Shown piece by piece: positions 62,482 through 64,000 of a stretch of 64,000 bases of DNA; the stretch's first letter is position 1, and each line of letters starts with the position of its first letter. A model generated the notes under the pieces. It was not told the DNA's origin and did no database searches. It worked only from the letters and a program-made list of their open reading frames with translations. The stretch is from positions 56,461 to 120,460 of the forward strand of contig CAKUVI010000006.1 of assembly GCA_934699095.1 (NCBI GenBank). Reading direction: 5' to 3'. Source of the stretch: an uncultured Bacteroidales bacterium (GTDB lineage: Bacteria > Bacteroidota > Bacteroidia > Bacteroidales > WCHB1-69). Both the position numbers and the translations under genes were made by a program.

Positions 62482-64000
62482 ATGAAGAAAATTTTTACAT
62501 TTTTCGTTGCGCTCGTAGCCTTCGCAGTAAGTGCTCGCGCTCAGGCAACCATCATCTTGGAAGCACACAATGTGTGGAATGATGGAACAGGTTACCAACT
62601 TCTCCTCGATGCAGACCATAGCACCTATGGTACTACAATCCCTGAAACAGGTCCGCTTACCACTTCAGGTGACGCTGATGCTTCAGTTTACGCTCAATTC
62701 GAATACAAGGTTCCGACAAACGCCGACGGTTCACTTACAACACAAAACATGGTCATGGACGGAACTGCAACAATCGAAATTCCGGCAGGTACCTACGACT
62801 ATGTAGTGGTTAACCCGACTCCCGACGACAGAGTTTGGATTGCATCAGGCACAGAAAGCCGCGGTGACGACTACACATTCGAGAACGGTAAGATTTACCA
62901 CTTCTCAGTTACTCTTAATGGAAACAACGACTTGGTGACACTCACTGTTACAACTATCCCCACAGAGCCCACAATCATCGCTTCACCTGAGGCTCTTGCT
63001 TTTGGCAACGTTATTTTAGGGAACAATGCAACACAGTCTATTTCAGTTTCATCCTACCAAATCACTTCAGGTATCACAGCTACAGTTGAGGCTCCTTTCA
63101 GCGTTTCTACAGATGGAACAACATTTGCCACAACAGCTACATTGTCTTCTGAAGGCGGCACACTCTACGTTCGCTACACTCCTGAAACAGTTGGCAGCGA
63201 CAACGGTACTCTCACTCTCGCAGCCGGCGATGTTACTACTACTGTTGCCCTCACAGGTGCAGCACTTGACTGCGGTAACAACCCGATCCCTTACATCTTT
63301 AACTTCGACAACGATGCAATGGCATCATGCTGGGAGTCAATCGATGCTAACGGAGACGGTAAGCTCTTCCAAATCGTAACCGGTTCAGCTTATGCATATT
63401 ACAATTACAGCTCAACAGAAGCTGCTAACGACTATCTCGTTTCTCCTGTTTTCGCACTCGACGGCAACCAACTTCTCTCTTTCGACTATCGCGCAGCAAG
63501 CACAAGCTATCCTGAAAGATTCGAAGTTCTCGCATGGGGTGCAGACACCATAGCACTCACTAGCCCTATCGATGTAACCACCTCCACTGCCACAACCCAG
63601 TACATCGACCTCTCAGAATTGAACGGAAACTACAAAATCGTTTTCCACTGCATCTCTGACGCAAACATGTACAATTTCTACATCTCAAACTTCAAGATTG
63701 ACATCAACGGCACATCAATGACCGTAAATCCTGAAGCTATTGACTTCGCCATTGTTCCTATGAACACCACTTCTGATGCTCAGACTGTTGAAATGACATG
63801 CATCAACGTAACTGATCCTGTTACATTGACAACAACAGCTCCTTTCGAAGTATCATTGGACGGCGCTTCTTACGCTGCAACTGCAACTATCCCTGCAAGC
63901 ACAGAATCTGTTGTTAACCATACAGTTTATGTAAGATTTGCTCCTACAGCTGTTGGCGATTTCTCAGAAAATCTCACAATCGCAGCCGGCGAAATCACAA
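62482..64000 (+). CDS. Secreted surface protein, 3' end runs off the right window edge (>=506 aa): DUF2436-like N-terminal domain, Ig-like domains and a choice-of-anchor-J/cleaved-adhesin-like domain
   Basis: The ATG at 62482 gives MKKIFTFFVALVAFAVSARAQ (signal peptide), and the frame stays open to nt 64000. It is not in the ORF track because it has no in-window stop. ATIILEAHNVWNDGTGYQLLLDADHSTYG matches my memory of DUF2436. CWESIDANGDGKLFQ...NDYLVSPVF fits the choice-of-anchor-J / cleaved-adhesin motif. Confidence 0.8.
   Translation, partial: MKKIFTFFVALVAFAVSARAQATIILEAHNVWNDGTGYQLLLDADHSTYGTTIPETGPLTTSGDADASVYAQFEYKVPTNADGSLTTQNMVMDGTATIEIPAGTYDYVVVNPTPDDRVWIASGTESRGDDYTFENGKIYHFSVTLNGNNDLVTLTVTTIPTEPTIIASPEALAFGNVILGNNATQSISVSSYQITSGITATVEAPFSVSTDGTTFATTATLSSEGGTLYVRYTPETVGSDNGTLTLAAGDVTTTVALTGAALDCGNNPIPYIFNFDNDAMASCWESIDANGDGKLFQIVTGSAYAYYNYSSTEAANDYLVSPVFALDGNQLLSFDYRAASTSYPERFEVLAWGADTIALTSPIDVTTSTATTQYIDLSELNGNYKIVFHCISDANMYNFYISNFKIDINGTSMTVNPEAIDFAIVPMNTTSDAQTVEMTCINVTDPVTLTTTAPFEVSLDGASYAATATIPASTESVVNHTVYVRFAPTAVGDFSENLTIAAGEIT

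Overview
This window reads as a mostly core chromosomal stretch of a Bacteroidota (Bacteroidales-like) genome. About 20 intergenic TAnnTTTG -7 promoter boxes, no Shine-Dalgarno sequences, a T9SS C-terminal sorting domain, GH78/GH97 enzymes and lipoprotein-rich surface genes support that placement. I saw no rRNA, tRNA, CRISPR array, integrase, transposase or prophage. Housekeeping blocks are secG-tig-clpP-clpX-dCMP deaminase-radical SAM-SDR-queA, a PpiD-like chaperone, a four-subunit 2-oxoacid:ferredoxin oxidoreductase, mnmA, cobB, pfk, ddh and pepP. Two ORFs are missing from the supplied track because they run off the window edges. One is a >=2024-aa minus-strand giant repeat surface protein (1-6072). 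The other is a plus-strand DUF2436/choice-of-anchor-J-like surface protein (62482-64000). A 57-aa ribbon-helix-helix gene (35485-35658) is also missing because it falls under the 60-aa cutoff. The track extends ORFs to TTG/GTG codons, so several starts were re-set using promoter boxes and ATG positions. No clear-cut novel system is provable from sequence alone. The best leads are: (1) the giant two-module repeat protein, whose repeat motifs coincide with the Bacteroidota O-glycosylation sequon; (2) a surface-protein cluster at 56.8-64 kb (transglutaminase-like protein, two DUF5689-like lipoproteins, divergent choice-of-anchor-J protein); (3) a recurring perfect palindrome AAACGTACGTTT in intergenic DNA that matches the Bacteroides invertase inverted-repeat core as I remember it; (4) an orphan kdd next to ddh and an uncharacterised P-loop protein; (5) a UvrA paralog lacking the UvrB-binding domain, coupled to a secreted WG-repeat protein.
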